Shown: positions 9,382 through 19,606, numbered from the stretch's first letter. The stretch: DNA of 53,212 nt from Candidatus Methylomirabilota bacterium (GCA_046726415.1 JBKPAK010000214.1:1-53212), one strand, 5' to 3'. The notes: generated from the letters alone by a model not told the origin. Numbers and translations are program-made.

Positions 9382-10611
9382 TCACCGCCGGAACAGCCGC
9401 GCCGCCAGCGGCATGGTCACCGTGAGCGCCGAGAGCGCATTAATAGCGAAGGCGAGCGAGACGCCGGCGATGCCGACCAGCGCGCCGATGGCGAGCGTGC
9501 CGACCGGCTGCGTCCCGATGCACGCCGAGAGGATCCCGACGGTGGCGCCCCGGACCCGCTCGGGCGCCGAGAGGAGCACCACGGTGCTCTGCGTCGCGGC
9601 GAACGCGGCCTCGACGAGGCCGAGGACCACGAGCAGGACAAGACAGAGGGACAGCGACGGCGACAGTGAGAAAGCGGCGACGATGGCCGGGGTGAGCACG
9701 ATGCTGATGCCGAACAGCCGACCCTGGAGAAGGTGACGGCGCTGCGCGGCGATGGCGAGGGCGCCGACCAGGGCGCCCAGGCCCTCGGCTGCGATCAGCG
9801 TGCCGAGCACCCCTGGACCGCCCGCCAGCACGTCACGGGCGAAGACGGAGAGCATGTTCTGGTAGGGGAACACGAGCACGTTCATGGCAACCGTGCCGAG
9901 CAGCACCATACGGATCATGGGATGCGTCCACGCGGCACGCAGGCCGGCTCTCAGGCTGTCCACCACCCAGACTGGACCATGCACGACGGGCTGGGCAATG
10001 CTGCGTCGGAGGTCGGACGAGACCGCCAGACCTCCGGCATAGAGCGCGGCCAGCAGGGTGAACGTCGCCGCCGGCCCGAGGCGCGCGAGACAAAGGCCGG
10101 CGACCAGCGGCCCACCCATCTTGGCCACCTGCATGGACACGGTCTCGAGCGACATGGCGTGGGCGACGCGCGACGGGCCGAGCACGGCGTAGATCGACGT
10201 CCGGCGCGCGGAGAAGTCGAGCGCCCAGAGCACGCCGATCGCCACCTCGAGGCCGACGTACGGCCAGTAGCTGCCGGCGCCGCTGCCGAAGAGCAGCGCC
10301 AGCGCGACCGCCGTCGACACTCCGCACACCTGCGTGAGAACGAGCACACGCCCCGGCGAGACCTGATCGGCGACGATGCCGGCGAACGGGCCCACCACCA
10401 TCATGGGCGCGGTGCGCGCGAAGGCGGCGAGGCCGACCATGAACGGCGAGTCGGTGAGCTCGAGGGCGAGCCAGCCGAGCGCCACGAGGTCCACCCACCG
10501 CGCGACGTAGACGAAGCACCCCGACGCCCAGAGACGGCGGTAGCTCGGGTTCTGGAACACGTCGAGGCCCGGACGCGTGCCGGACGCATCGTCTGCCGAG
10601 GGCGCGGTCAC
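9382..10611 (-). CDS. MFS transporter
   Basis: About 12 hydrophobic segments, GPFAGIVAD motif A-like, APERVRG. Confidence 0.9.
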   Translation of the reverse strand: MTAPSADDASGTRPGLDVFQNPSYRRLWASGCFVYVARWVDLVALGWLALELTDSPFMVGLAAFARTAPMMVVGPFAGIVADQVSPGRVLVLTQVCGVSTAVALALLFGSGAGSYWPYVGLEVAIGVLWALDFSARRTSIYAVLGPSRVAHAMSLETVSMQVAKMGGPLVAGLCLARLGPAATFTLLAALYAGGLAVSSDLRRSIAQPVVHGPVWVVDSLRAGLRAAWTHPMIRMVLLGTVAMNVLVFPYQNMLSVFARDVLAGGPGVLGTLIAAEGLGALVGALAIAAQRRHLLQGRLFGISIVLTPAIVAAFSLSPSLSLCLVLLVVLGLVEAAFAATQSTVVLLSAPERVRGATVGILSACIGTQPVGTLAIGALVGIAGVSLAFAINALSALTVTMPLAARLFRR

Positions 10612-10658
10612 GAGATCATCGCGGGCGCGGGCGGCGCGCTACCGGGGAGCGAGACGCA

Positions 10659-12059
10659 TCACCGCGGCTCGGGCGGACGGCGCTCGCGCCAACCGGCCGC
10701 CTGCTCGTACGCCCAGCCGATCCGCAGCGCCATGGCTTCGTCGCCGGGATGGCCGAGGATCTGGAGCGACGTCGGCAGGCCATCGGCGGTGAAGCCGTTC
10801 AGGATGGCGAGGCCGCAGAGCCCGAGATAGTTCCCGCCACGCGTGAAGTGCGCGGCGGTGCGGGACTGGTCTACCGAGGCGATGGGGATCGGCGGGGTCA
10901 GCGCCGTTGGCGTCAGGAGCGCGTCGACCTCGGCGAGCGCCGCCGCGAAGGCGCGCTTGTGGTCCTCGCGCTTCGCCAGGGTCGAGAGGTAGTCGCGCGC
11001 CGAGATGTCCCGGCCGAGCTGGATGCGCGGCCGCACGTCAGGATCGAGCGGCAGGCTCGGGTCGTCGACGAGGTGGCCGACGAAGCGATACCCCTCGACG
11101 CCGATGATCTGTCCGGTGGCGGCGGCGTAGTCGCGCAGCCGATGGGGGAGCTCGGCGCGGACGATCTGCGCGCCCAGCGTGGCCAGCGCGTCGATCGACG
11201 AGTCGTACGCCGCGAGGACTTCCACGTCGACGCCTTCCCGCTCGGCATCGGGAAGCACGGCGAGGCGGAGGCCGCCGACGCCACGGCGGAGCGTCGGCAT
11301 CGGATCGGCCGGCGACCAGGCGAGGGTCTGAGGGTCGCGCGGATCCGGGCCATTCAGCAGTCGGAACATGAGCGCCGCATCCTCGACGGATCGCGTCAAC
11401 GGCCCCGGGGTGTCGAGGGTGAAGCTGAGCGGGAGGATGCCGTACGTGCTGATCCTGCCCGCCGTGACCTTGAGACCGACGGTGCCGCACCACGCGGCGG
11501 GAATCCGCACCGAGCCGCCGGTGTCGGTGCCGATGGCGACCGGCGCCAGTCCCGCCCCGACGGCAACGCCCGATCCGCTCGACGACCCGCCGGGCGTCCG
11601 GTGGACGGAGAGGTCCCAGGGATTGCGCGGCGCGCCGAGGTGCGTGTTCGTGCCCCAGCTTCCCATCGCGAACTCGACGGTGTGCGTCTTGCCGAGCACG
11701 ATCATGCCCGCGGCGATCACCCGCTCGGCTAGGGTGGCGGTGACGGGCGACACGCGGTCGGCCCAGAACTTCGAGCCGCCGGTCGTCACGCGGCCCTCGA
11801 GATCCACGAGGTCCTTGAGCGCGATCGGCACGCCGTGCAGCGGGCCGACACGCTGACCGGCGCGGATGGCCTTGTCGGCGGCTTCGGCGGCCAGCCGCGC
11901 GTCCCTGTCGTAGACGGCGATGAAGGCGTGAAGGGCAGGGTTCCGCATCGCGATCCGGTCGAGGAGCGCCTCGACGGCATCGACCGGGGAGAGGGTACGC
12001 TCGCCGAATGCGCGGGACAGCTCGGCGGCGGTGGCCCAGATGGGATCGAGCGTGGCCAT
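10659..12059 (-). CDS. Amidase signature family protein
   Basis: GVPIALKD, GGSSSGS, GTDTGGSVRIPA. Confidence 0.95.
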   Translation of the reverse strand: MATLDPIWATAAELSRAFGERTLSPVDAVEALLDRIAMRNPALHAFIAVYDRDARLAAEAADKAIRAGQRVGPLHGVPIALKDLVDLEGRVTTGGSKFWADRVSPVTATLAERVIAAGMIVLGKTHTVEFAMGSWGTNTHLGAPRNPWDLSVHRTPGGSSSGSGVAVGAGLAPVAIGTDTGGSVRIPAAWCGTVGLKVTAGRISTYGILPLSFTLDTPGPLTRSVEDAALMFRLLNGPDPRDPQTLAWSPADPMPTLRRGVGGLRLAVLPDAEREGVDVEVLAAYDSSIDALATLGAQIVRAELPHRLRDYAAATGQIIGVEGYRFVGHLVDDPSLPLDPDVRPRIQLGRDISARDYLSTLAKREDHKRAFAAALAEVDALLTPTALTPPIPIASVDQSRTAAHFTRGGNYLGLCGLAILNGFTADGLPTSLQILGHPGDEAMALRIGWAYEQAAGWRERRPPEPR

Positions 12060-12303
12060 GCAACCATTCTCCTCTCCGGTGAGGTATAGGGTCGCGGCAT
12101 ATCGCGGCCGCAGCGCATCTTCGTCGGTGGCCTGGAAAGTCTAGGGCAGAAGCGGCTCAGCCGGTCAAGAGAGATTCCGGATCACCAGCCCCGGAACAGA
12201 ACGGTCTCCGGGTGCTCGGGAATGACCACGCCACAGCTGCTTGAACCGCCGCGGCACAGCGATGATGATGAGCCTCGTCTCGCCGAGGGGCGGCGACCAC
12301 GCG

Positions 12304-12585
12304 ATGCCAGAGTCCTTTCGCGCGATGCTGTCGCGGATCGACCGGGCCGGCCGGATGGTGCGGCTGGCCAAGAAGGCGACCCGCGTCGTCTGTCGGCCCT
12401 GGTCGTGAAGGCCGATCGGCCGGTGCTCTTCGAGCGCGTGCGCGGCTTCGACATCCCGGTCGTCGGCGGACTGTTCTGAAGCCGCGCTCGGCTGGCGGCT
12501 TCCCTCGGCGCGCACGTTCCGCGTGCAGGCCGGTCGGGACGTGATCGTGATCCGCGACGGCTTGGGTTTGGACTCGTATCCAAAG
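12304..12585 (+). pseudogene. UbiD-family decarboxylase remnant (N-terminus fused to a C-terminal segment)
   Basis: MPESFRAMLSRIDRAGRMVRLAK, frameshift, DPRRLSALVVKADRPVLFERVRGFDIPVVGGLF*SRARLAASLG, frameshift, TFRVQAGRDVIVI; TGA at 12477-12479. Confidence 0.7.
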
Positions 12586-12849
12586 GTGACTTGCGCTATG
12601 CAGTCTGTCGCGATCGACCTCCTCGTCGGCGTGCGGAATAGTGTCTCGACACCGCGGCTTTCGCATACCGGAGAGGCTCGGTGGCTGCTTTCTTTCATCG
12701 TGCGCGAATTTTCCGGGCTCGCCGGGGTGTGCTGCGGTCTTCTGTTACCCTGCGCGTGGGGGGCGGCGAGTGGGACACTCGACAGCTGCCGGCGCAGGGT
12801 GCGGGATTTCGTGGCCGACGATCCAACCGCCGACCCCCAGGAGGTAGGA

Positions 12850-14286
12850 ATGCGTACACTCGTGCCTCTGCTGACCGCAGTCCTGTTGCTCTCGCCGATC
12901 ACCGCGCACACCCAGGACAGCCGCGCGGCGCTCGAGGCCGTCGCCAAGGCTCTCGGCGCGACCAGTCTCAAATCGATCGAGATCCAGGGCAGCGGCGTGA
13001 CCTTCCAGGTCGGGCAGAGCTACGCGCCGGGCATGCCGTGGCCGCAGTTCAACGTGCGGAGCTTCACGCGGGTGGTGAACTACGAGACGGCCTCGCTCCG
13101 CGACGAGATTCTCCGTACGCGGGCGCTCGAGCCGCCCCGGGGTGGCGGCCCGTACATCCGCGGTGAGCACAAGCAGGTCTTCGTCGTCAGCGGCGACCAC
13201 GCCTGGAACGTGTTGGGCGAGGCGGCGGTGACGGCGCCCATCATGCTCGCGGATCGTCAGTTCCAGTTCTGGTCAACTCCGCACGGCGTCATCAAGGCCG
13301 CGACGGGGGGCAATGCCACGATGCAAGGCCGCACGATCGCCTTCGCTGTCCCGGGCCGCTTCAAGGCGACCGCGGTGCTCGACACGGCAAACCTCATCGA
13401 GCGCGTGGAAGCGACGGTGGCGCACCCCGTCCTGGGCGACATGGTCGTGATGGTGAGTTACGCGGACTATCGCGACTTCGGGGGTGTGAAGTTTCCCACG
13501 AAGATCCGGCAGAGTCACGGGGGCTTCCCAGCGCTCGACATCACGGTGACGGACGTGCGCCCCAACGTGGCGGTCGACATCCATGTTCCGGACAGCGTCC
13601 GACAGGCGACCAATCCCTACACGCGGGTGGCGAGCCAGAAGGCGGCCGACGGGGTGTGGTACGTGACGGGCGGCTCGCATCACAGCGTGGTGATCGAGAT
13701 GAAGGACCACGTGATCGTCGTCGAGGGACCGCTGAATGACGAGCGCGCGCTGGCCGTCATCGCGGAGACGCGCGCGCTGGTGCCGAACAAGCCGATCAAG
13801 TTTCTCGTGGTCAGCCATCACCACTTCGACCACGCCGGCGGTGTGCGGGCGTTCGCGGGCGAGGGCGTCACGCTGGTCACCCACGACCTCGGCCGCCCGT
13901 TCTTCGAGCGCGTCATCGCGGCGCCGGCCACCGTGAGGCCGGATTACCTCGCCAAGTCGGGCCGAAAGGCCGGGGTGGAGGGGGTGCGTGACCGACGCGT
14001 GCTGAGCGACGGGACGCGGACCGTCGAGATTCGCCATATCGTCGGCAACCTCCACGCCGACGACATGCTGATGGTCTACCTGCCGAAGGAGAAGTTTCTG
14101 ATCGAAGCGGACGCCTATACGCCGCCGGCGCCGAACGTGGCGCCGATGAGTCCGCCCAGCCCGTTCAACGTCAACCTCGTAGAGAACATCACCAAGCAGG
14201 GCCTCGCGGTCGACCAGATCCTCCCGCTGCACGGCCGCATGGTGCCACTCGCAGAGCTGCAAAAGGCGGCCGGCCACACCCACTGA
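12850..14286 (+). CDS. Secreted MBL-fold metallo-hydrolase with N-terminal beta-rich domain
   Basis: Signal peptide, SHHHFDHAGG, LHADD, EAD and LPLHG; RBS GGAGG before ATG 12850. Confidence 0.88.
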   Translation: MRTLVPLLTAVLLLSPITAHTQDSRAALEAVAKALGATSLKSIEIQGSGVTFQVGQSYAPGMPWPQFNVRSFTRVVNYETASLRDEILRTRALEPPRGGGPYIRGEHKQVFVVSGDHAWNVLGEAAVTAPIMLADRQFQFWSTPHGVIKAATGGNATMQGRTIAFAVPGRFKATAVLDTANLIERVEATVAHPVLGDMVVMVSYADYRDFGGVKFPTKIRQSHGGFPALDITVTDVRPNVAVDIHVPDSVRQATNPYTRVASQKAADGVWYVTGGSHHSVVIEMKDHVIVVEGPLNDERALAVIAETRALVPNKPIKFLVVSHHHFDHAGGVRAFAGEGVTLVTHDLGRPFFERVIAAPATVRPDYLAKSGRKAGVEGVRDRRVLSDGTRTVEIRHIVGNLHADDMLMVYLPKEKFLIEADAYTPPAPNVAPMSPPSPFNVNLVENITKQGLAVDQILPLHGRMVPLAELQKAAGHTH

Positions 14287-14301
14287 GCAAGACGGGCCAT
14301 T

Positions 14302-14331
14302 GAGATGGGGGCCTCGAAGGGCCCCCACCTC
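14302..14331. repeat. REP-like hairpin, copy 1 (between convergent genes)
   Basis: GAGATGGGGGCC-TCGAAG-GGCCCCCACCTC; a related copy in the opposite orientation lies at about 18372-18396. Confidence 0.55.
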
Positions 14332-14384
14332 CCTGGGAGGGCGAGCCCGCCAAAACGGGTCTGGTCTCAGGGGAGAGAATGCGC

Positions 14385-15233
14385 TCAAGCGTCTGGGCCA
14401 GGATGAGTGGCGGGGCGCTTCCAGCCGAGCCAGTCGACGACAGCCCCACCCATCACCCGCTCGAGGTCGCGGCCCTTGAGCCACGGCAACTCCTCGGTGA
14501 ACATCGTCACGCATTGCCGATACGAACAGGGCATGCGGGTGATGTCGGTGCCCCAGAACGAACGCTCGGGCCCGAACGCCTCGAAGACCTGGCGCAGATG
14601 GCCGTGGATATTCTTGTACGGGTAGGGCTGGCTCGAATAGCTCGGAGCGCCCGACATCTTGACCCCGACGTTGGGGTATCTGGCGAGCGCCAGCATGTCC
14701 GGAAGGTCGGCAAAGGCCGCGTCGTCGGTTCCCGTACGGCCGCCGCCCACGCGCCCGAGGTGATCGATGTGCAGCTTCAGACGGGGATGCCGCTCGGCGA
14801 TCCTCGCCAGCGCCGCCATGTTCCCGCCGGCCAAGAGGCCGATGGGCAGTCCCGCCTTCTCGCAAGCCGCCCAGAACCAGTCGAGCGAGCCATCGGTCCA
14901 CCACGCTTTCTGATGCGGCTGGTTGAAGGTGAACCGAAACCCGAGCATGCCCGGCCGGTCGCGCCAATGGGCGACGATGTTCTCGCGATCCGGGCTTTCG
15001 AGGTCGAAATGCCCGAGGATGCAGAATTTGTCGGGGTACCGGCGCGCCGCCTCGACGGCGAGGACGTTGACCGCCTCGCCCAGCGAGCTGGGCGGATGGA
15101 TCACCGCGCAATCGACCCCGGCTGAGGCCATCTCGGCCAGCGCATCGTCGACCGAATAGGTCGGAATTTGGCGATGCTGCGCGCTCATCTTGCCGTTCTG
15201 CCAGATGTGGATCTGCGAATCGACGATCAGCAT
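14385..15233 (-). CDS. Amidohydrolase family protein (Amidohydro_2, lactonase-like)
   Basis: IVDSQIHIW, IDHLG, VKMSG, FWGTD; start trimmed to ATG after RBS GGAGG. Confidence 0.88.
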   Translation of the reverse strand: MLIVDSQIHIWQNGKMSAQHRQIPTYSVDDALAEMASAGVDCAVIHPPSSLGEAVNVLAVEAARRYPDKFCILGHFDLESPDRENIVAHWRDRPGMLGFRFTFNQPHQKAWWTDGSLDWFWAACEKAGLPIGLLAGGNMAALARIAERHPRLKLHIDHLGRVGGGRTGTDDAAFADLPDMLALARYPNVGVKMSGAPSYSSQPYPYKNIHGHLRQVFEAFGPERSFWGTDITRMPCSYRQCVTMFTEELPWLKGRDLERVMGGAVVDWLGWKRPATHPGPDA

Positions 15234-15502
15234 TTCGTCCTCCTGGATGAAAAGGCCCCTTTCGGGAAGCCTAGTCGAGGGCTGGTGGCCGCGGCAATAG
15301 TCGTGCCCCCACGATCTCGCCGTCGCCGGGCGCGCGGGCCCCGGGCTGCGCGCGATCAACCTACTCCACGCGCGGCGGCAGCGGCAACCCGACATCGCCG
15401 CTCCCGTTTCTGTCGAGGGCCTCGGCCCGGCCCTCGCGCGGGACGGCCTTTGCGCTATCATTCGGCGCGGCAGAACCGCGGCCTGACGAAAGCGAGGAGT
15501 GC

Positions 15503-16783
15503 ATGGCAGCCACCGTCGATCGGTTCGGCAACCCGCTCGATCTCACCGTCGGCTACGCCCGCGGCACCATCCTGCGCGGAACGGACGAGGAAGTCGCCAA
15601 GACGCTCCACGCCCGGCGCCTCGTCCGCGAGCGCATCGAGACCGACGGCGTCGACACCATCTACGACCTGACCGGCATGAACCGTGGCGCCGGGCTGTCG
15701 CCGGAGGACGCCAAGCAGCTGACCAGTCACCTGCCGTTCTTCGCCAGCTTCGAGGGCGAGGCGGAACCGCTGGCGATCCGTCACATGGGCGGCGACCCCC
15801 GTCATCACGACGCCCTGATTCTCAACCGCGTCTCCGCGGCCAACTTCATCGCGCTCACCACGCTCCTCGGGCGGGGTGAGCGCGTGGTAGCGCTGGCACC
15901 AGCCGGCGGCGTCACCCATCCGTCCGTCACGCGACCAGTCGAGATGGCCAGCGCGACGATCGAGGAGTTCCACGACGTCGAGCGTCTGGCCGCCGACTGG
16001 ACGCGCGGCGGCGAACCGCGGCTCCTTGTCATCACGCCGATCAGCGCCTCCAAGCGTCACCTCGAGCTGGAGGCCTTCCGTCGCGCGCTCGCCCTCCCGC
16101 GCGGCGCGCGCACGGTGGTCTACGTCGATGACGCACACCTAGCCTCGCGCATCGGCTTCTTCGGCGACCCGCCCACGTTCGCGCTCGGCCCCGTCGATCT
16201 CGCCGTCTGTTCCACGGACAAGCACGTGGCCGGTCCGCGGGCCGGTGTCCTCGTCGGCCGCAAGGACCTCGTGCGGGAGCTGCGCTCGCGCGCCTTCGAG
16301 CTCGGACTCGAGGCCCAGACGAGCCAGTATGTCGGCGTCGCCAATGCCCTGCGCCAATTCGAACCGAAGGTGATCGCGCGGGCCGGCGAGCTGGCCAAGG
16401 AGGTCCTGAGTCTCCTGCAGGCTCGCTACGGCCGCGACCGCGTCTATCTCGGTGGCCCTGGCGTGTCGATCACCGGAGAGGATGCGCTGGACATCGCGCG
16501 CGAGCTGGGCGGCGGGCGCGACGCCTCTCTCCTAGTTCCCGTCGAAGCCAACACGATCGTGGCCATGGAGATGCTCAGCGCCGACGGCATGCTGACCATC
16601 TCGGCGGTGGCGATGCCGGGTAGCGCTCCCGTCGTGCGACTGATGATGTACCCGGACGGCCACCGGCTCGGCGTGGAGCGCATCGCGGAGTCACTGGATC
16701 GTGCGTTCGTGCGGCTGGCGCGGGCGCGTCACGACCTCGACGAGGCGCGCCGGATGCTCCTGGGAGACCACCCTCGACGATGA
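15503..16783 (+). CDS. Fold-type I PLP enzyme, SelA-like MJ0158/UPF0425 family
   Basis: YDLTG, LNRVSAA, HPSV, VDDA, PLP-lysine motif STDKHVAGPRAG, GLEAQ. Confidence 0.75.
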   Translation: MAATVDRFGNPLDLTVGYARGTILRGTDEEVAKTLHARRLVRERIETDGVDTIYDLTGMNRGAGLSPEDAKQLTSHLPFFASFEGEAEPLAIRHMGGDPRHHDALILNRVSAANFIALTTLLGRGERVVALAPAGGVTHPSVTRPVEMASATIEEFHDVERLAADWTRGGEPRLLVITPISASKRHLELEAFRRALALPRGARTVVYVDDAHLASRIGFFGDPPTFALGPVDLAVCSTDKHVAGPRAGVLVGRKDLVRELRSRAFELGLEAQTSQYVGVANALRQFEPKVIARAGELAKEVLSLLQARYGRDRVYLGGPGVSITGEDALDIARELGGGRDASLLVPVEANTIVAMEMLSADGMLTISAVAMPGSAPVVRLMMYPDGHRLGVERIAESLDRAFVRLARARHDLDEARRMLLGDHPRR

Positions 16784-16959
16784 GCCCGTCGTCCGAAATG
16801 CCATGAGGCGTCTGGCGATTCGATGATGCCCAAGGCTTCGGCCGCGAGCGCTGGAGGCGATCGAGCAGAGTACGGGCTTCTCACCGCGGACGACATCCGC
16901 TCGATTCGAGCGCGGCGTCGGCCTCTCGGGTCTGCTCGTCAAGTCGGCGAGGCGCGCCG

Positions 16960-18300
16960 CTACAGTCCCGTGTCCCCGGCCAGGGCCGCCACGTCGGGCA
17001 CGCGCTCGAGGTCGAGCACGCGGTCGTAGAGAGCCTCCGCGCGCTCCACGCTCCACACCGGCGCGGCCAGGTCGAGAAACTTTCTTCTCACGGCGTCGGG
17101 TGGATGCGGGTGCTCGGCTTCGCCCCGGTGAAAGTCCGTCCGCTCCAACATCTTCGTGCCGTCGGCGAGAACCACCGCCACCTCGGTGGGCTGGCGCTCG
17201 GGAAAGGCACGGGTGAAGTCGGGGTCCTCCACGACTTCCACGCGGCGTGCCAACGCTTGGATCTGCGCGTCGGCCACCGCGGCTGCCCCGTAGTTGGCGA
17301 GGCCCGACTGGCGGTGACAGAGGAGCGACGCCACGGCGAAGGGCAGCGAGAATCGAGCGCCGAACTCCGACCGGACGTCCGCGTGGCCGAGGCTGGCCGC
17401 CATGGCGTAAGTCCGCACGCGAATGGCGTGGATGGACTCCGGCGATAGCGGGCACCGGGCCATCAAGGTCTCGACGCAATCGAGCGCCCCGTGGATGTAG
17501 CGCCCGCAGGCGTGGACCTTGATGAACCCGCGGGGTAGCAAGAACTCCTCGCCGAGCCCGTCCACCGCCGCCTCGGGGTCGAAGCGATCGGCGTAGATTG
17601 CGCCGTACACGGAGGCGACGGCGTCGGGCTCGCCCGTGAACCCGCTCTGGACCAGCGTGTGCGCCAGCCATCCCATCGAGCCGCTGAGACCGGTGTAGAC
17701 GTTGCGCACGGTGGCGCCGGTCGCGAGCGCGCGGCGGCTGGCCGCCACGCCGAGGGTCGCGCTCACGTTGATGATCTGGCGGGTGGCGGCGGTGTCGTAG
17801 CCGAGCAGGCGGGCGAGCGCCACGGCGGCCCCGATGGTGCCGAAAGTGCCGTGCGGGTGGACGGCCAGGCGGGTGGCCGACGCCCGTTTGATGCGCGCGC
17901 TCACCTCGTAGCCGACGACGAAAGCGGCGAGGAGATCGCGCCCCGGCCTGCCGTCCTGCTCGGCGAGAGCCCACGCTAGCGGAACGACCTGGATGCCGGG
18001 ATGGCCGCGGGCGTAGAGGTTGCCCTCGTTCATGTCGATCCAGGTGCCGGCAGTGCCGTTGAGGAGCGCGGCGCTCGCAGGATCGGCCCGCCGCCCGGCA
18101 CCGATGACCGAGGCTCGGCCCGGCCGACCGTCGGCCAGATGGCGCACGACGAACTCGCGCATCTCCGGGGCCTGCATGCCGTGGGCGGTCACGCCCAGGC
18201 TGTCGGCGATCACCAGGCAGGCGCGCTCGCGCACGGCGGGCGGGAGCGCGTCGAGCGGCGTGGTGGCGGCCCACGCGGCAAGGCGGTCCAGGTAGTCCAT
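16960..18300 (-). CDS. MmgE/PrpD family protein
   Basis: AALLNG, GHPG, GYEV, HPHGTFG, KVHACGRYIH, RFSLPF. Confidence 0.92.
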   Translation of the reverse strand: MDYLDRLAAWAATTPLDALPPAVRERACLVIADSLGVTAHGMQAPEMREFVVRHLADGRPGRASVIGAGRRADPASAALLNGTAGTWIDMNEGNLYARGHPGIQVVPLAWALAEQDGRPGRDLLAAFVVGYEVSARIKRASATRLAVHPHGTFGTIGAAVALARLLGYDTAATRQIINVSATLGVAASRRALATGATVRNVYTGLSGSMGWLAHTLVQSGFTGEPDAVASVYGAIYADRFDPEAAVDGLGEEFLLPRGFIKVHACGRYIHGALDCVETLMARCPLSPESIHAIRVRTYAMAASLGHADVRSEFGARFSLPFAVASLLCHRQSGLANYGAAAVADAQIQALARRVEVVEDPDFTRAFPERQPTEVAVVLADGTKMLERTDFHRGEAEHPHPPDAVRRKFLDLAAPVWSVERAEALYDRVLDLERVPDVAALAGDTGL

Positions 18301-18371
18301 CGTCAGAGCCCTCGTCCACCCAGCGTGTCGAGAGCCACGGCTGTGCCGGGGCGGTCCGAGCGCCGGGGGCT

Positions 18372-18396
18372 TGGGGGGCCATGTCGAGGCCCCATG
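18372..18396. repeat. REP-like hairpin, copy 2
   Basis: TGGGGGGCC-ATGTCGA-GGCCCCATG matches the reverse complement of the 14302-14331 element. Confidence 0.5.
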
Positions 18397-18399
18397 TTC

Positions 18400-19404
18400 T
18401 CAGAAGTGCGGCGCCGGACCCGTCTCGCGGCGCTCGAGCTTGGCCAGCATGTGCTCACCAGCCAGGATCGGCGCGTACCGCGGCGGGTGGTCCACGTCGG
18501 TGCACGTGGGCAGGCAGGACACTCGGGCGTCGTAGTTGGGGTGAAGGAAGAATCCCACGGTCTGCCGGCGGCTCCCCGTCGCCAGCTCGCGCGGCGGGTT
18601 GACGACGCGATGGACGGTGGACTGCCACCGATCGTTCGTCCAGCGCTCCATCATGTCGCCGAGGTTGACGACGAACTGGCCCGGGGCCAGGCGCACGTCG
18701 TGCCACGCGCCGTCGGGGAAGAGCACTTGAAGACCGCCGGGCGCGTCGTTGACGGCGAGGATGGTGAGGCTTCCGAAGTCGGTGTGGGATCCAGCCCGGA
18801 GTTGGCCCGGCAGCGGCTCGCCCGATGGCTCCGGATAGAAGTTGCTCGGGCACGTGCTGAAGTGGCGGTCGATCGCGTCGTCGAACCAGGCCTCGGGCAG
18901 GCCCAGGGCCAGGGCGAAGATCCGCATGAGGTCGCGGGCGAGCCGCTCCTGGGCCCGGTAGTACGCGGTGAAGACCTCGCGGAACTCCGCGGGCCGCCCG
19001 GGCCAGACGTTGGGGGCATACACCTTGGCCGCGCCCGGGAAGCTTCGGAAGTGCGCGGCCCAGTCGTCGAGCGGACCGACGAAGAACTGCTCGCGCAGGT
19101 CGGGCGGCGTATCCAGCCCATACGTGCGCCCGAGGTTCTTGCTGGCCAGCGCGCTGTAGCCGCGCGGGATCCCCGGATCGTCTGAGCGCAGGGTGAGCTT
19201 CTCCGCGAGCGGCAGGTCGAAGAAGGCCAGCGACACGTCGAAGACCCGGCGCACCAGCGCGTCGGAGATCCCGTGGCCCGCGATGACGAGGAAGCCGATC
19301 CGCTCGCACGCCGCTCCCACGGCGTCGGCGACGCGCTTCGCGCCGGCGGGATCGCCGGCCCGGTACGGCTCGATGTCGATGACGGGAATCGCAGGCTCGG
19401 CCAT
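18400..19404 (-). CDS. Isopenicillin N synthase-like 2OG-Fe(II) oxygenase
   Basis: IPVIDI, GFLVIAGHG, HTDFGSLTIL, NLGD, STVHRV; start trimmed to MAEPAIPVID. Confidence 0.92.
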   Translation of the reverse strand: MAEPAIPVIDIEPYRAGDPAGAKRVADAVGAACERIGFLVIAGHGISDALVRRVFDVSLAFFDLPLAEKLTLRSDDPGIPRGYSALASKNLGRTYGLDTPPDLREQFFVGPLDDWAAHFRSFPGAAKVYAPNVWPGRPAEFREVFTAYYRAQERLARDLMRIFALALGLPEAWFDDAIDRHFSTCPSNFYPEPSGEPLPGQLRAGSHTDFGSLTILAVNDAPGGLQVLFPDGAWHDVRLAPGQFVVNLGDMMERWTNDRWQSTVHRVVNPPRELATGSRRQTVGFFLHPNYDARVSCLPTCTDVDHPPRYAPILAGEHMLAKLERRETGPAPHF

Positions 19405-19606
19405 GATCGACTCTCCGGGTGCGCGCGATTGTACTGCGTCCACGATACAGCACGCGTGCCCGTTTCCTTCGAAGGCCGCCCTGCCCCATCGTTCCGGTCG
19501 CGGTATGATCCTGTCGCCATGCCTCTGAGCACCCCGAGTATGCAGGCGATGAAAAGGGTCGTCGCCAGCCTCCCGCGTCGTGGGAAGCGATGAAAGGAGT
19601 GGCGCC

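Noticed and set aside
12477-12479. TGA in the UbiD-like remnant as a second selenocysteine codon
   Set aside because: Not at a Cys-type motif, and flanked by frameshifts and a deletion
15240-15500. Possible further gene-end remnants on the minus strand (...DVGLPLPPRVE*, ...GARLLPRPPALD*)
   Set aside because: Too short to assign to any family without a search
15503-16783. True selenocysteine synthase SelA serving the nearby selenoprotein
   Set aside because: Lacks the SelA hallmarks I expect (NxTG-x3-HTNLGR, FSGDKLLGGPQ), no selB or selC is adjacent, and the motifs fit the MJ0158-like group better
16784-16959. Small ORF 16823..17029 between convergent genes
   Set aside because: No recognisable motif or clear RBS, and it overlaps the MmgE/PrpD gene end
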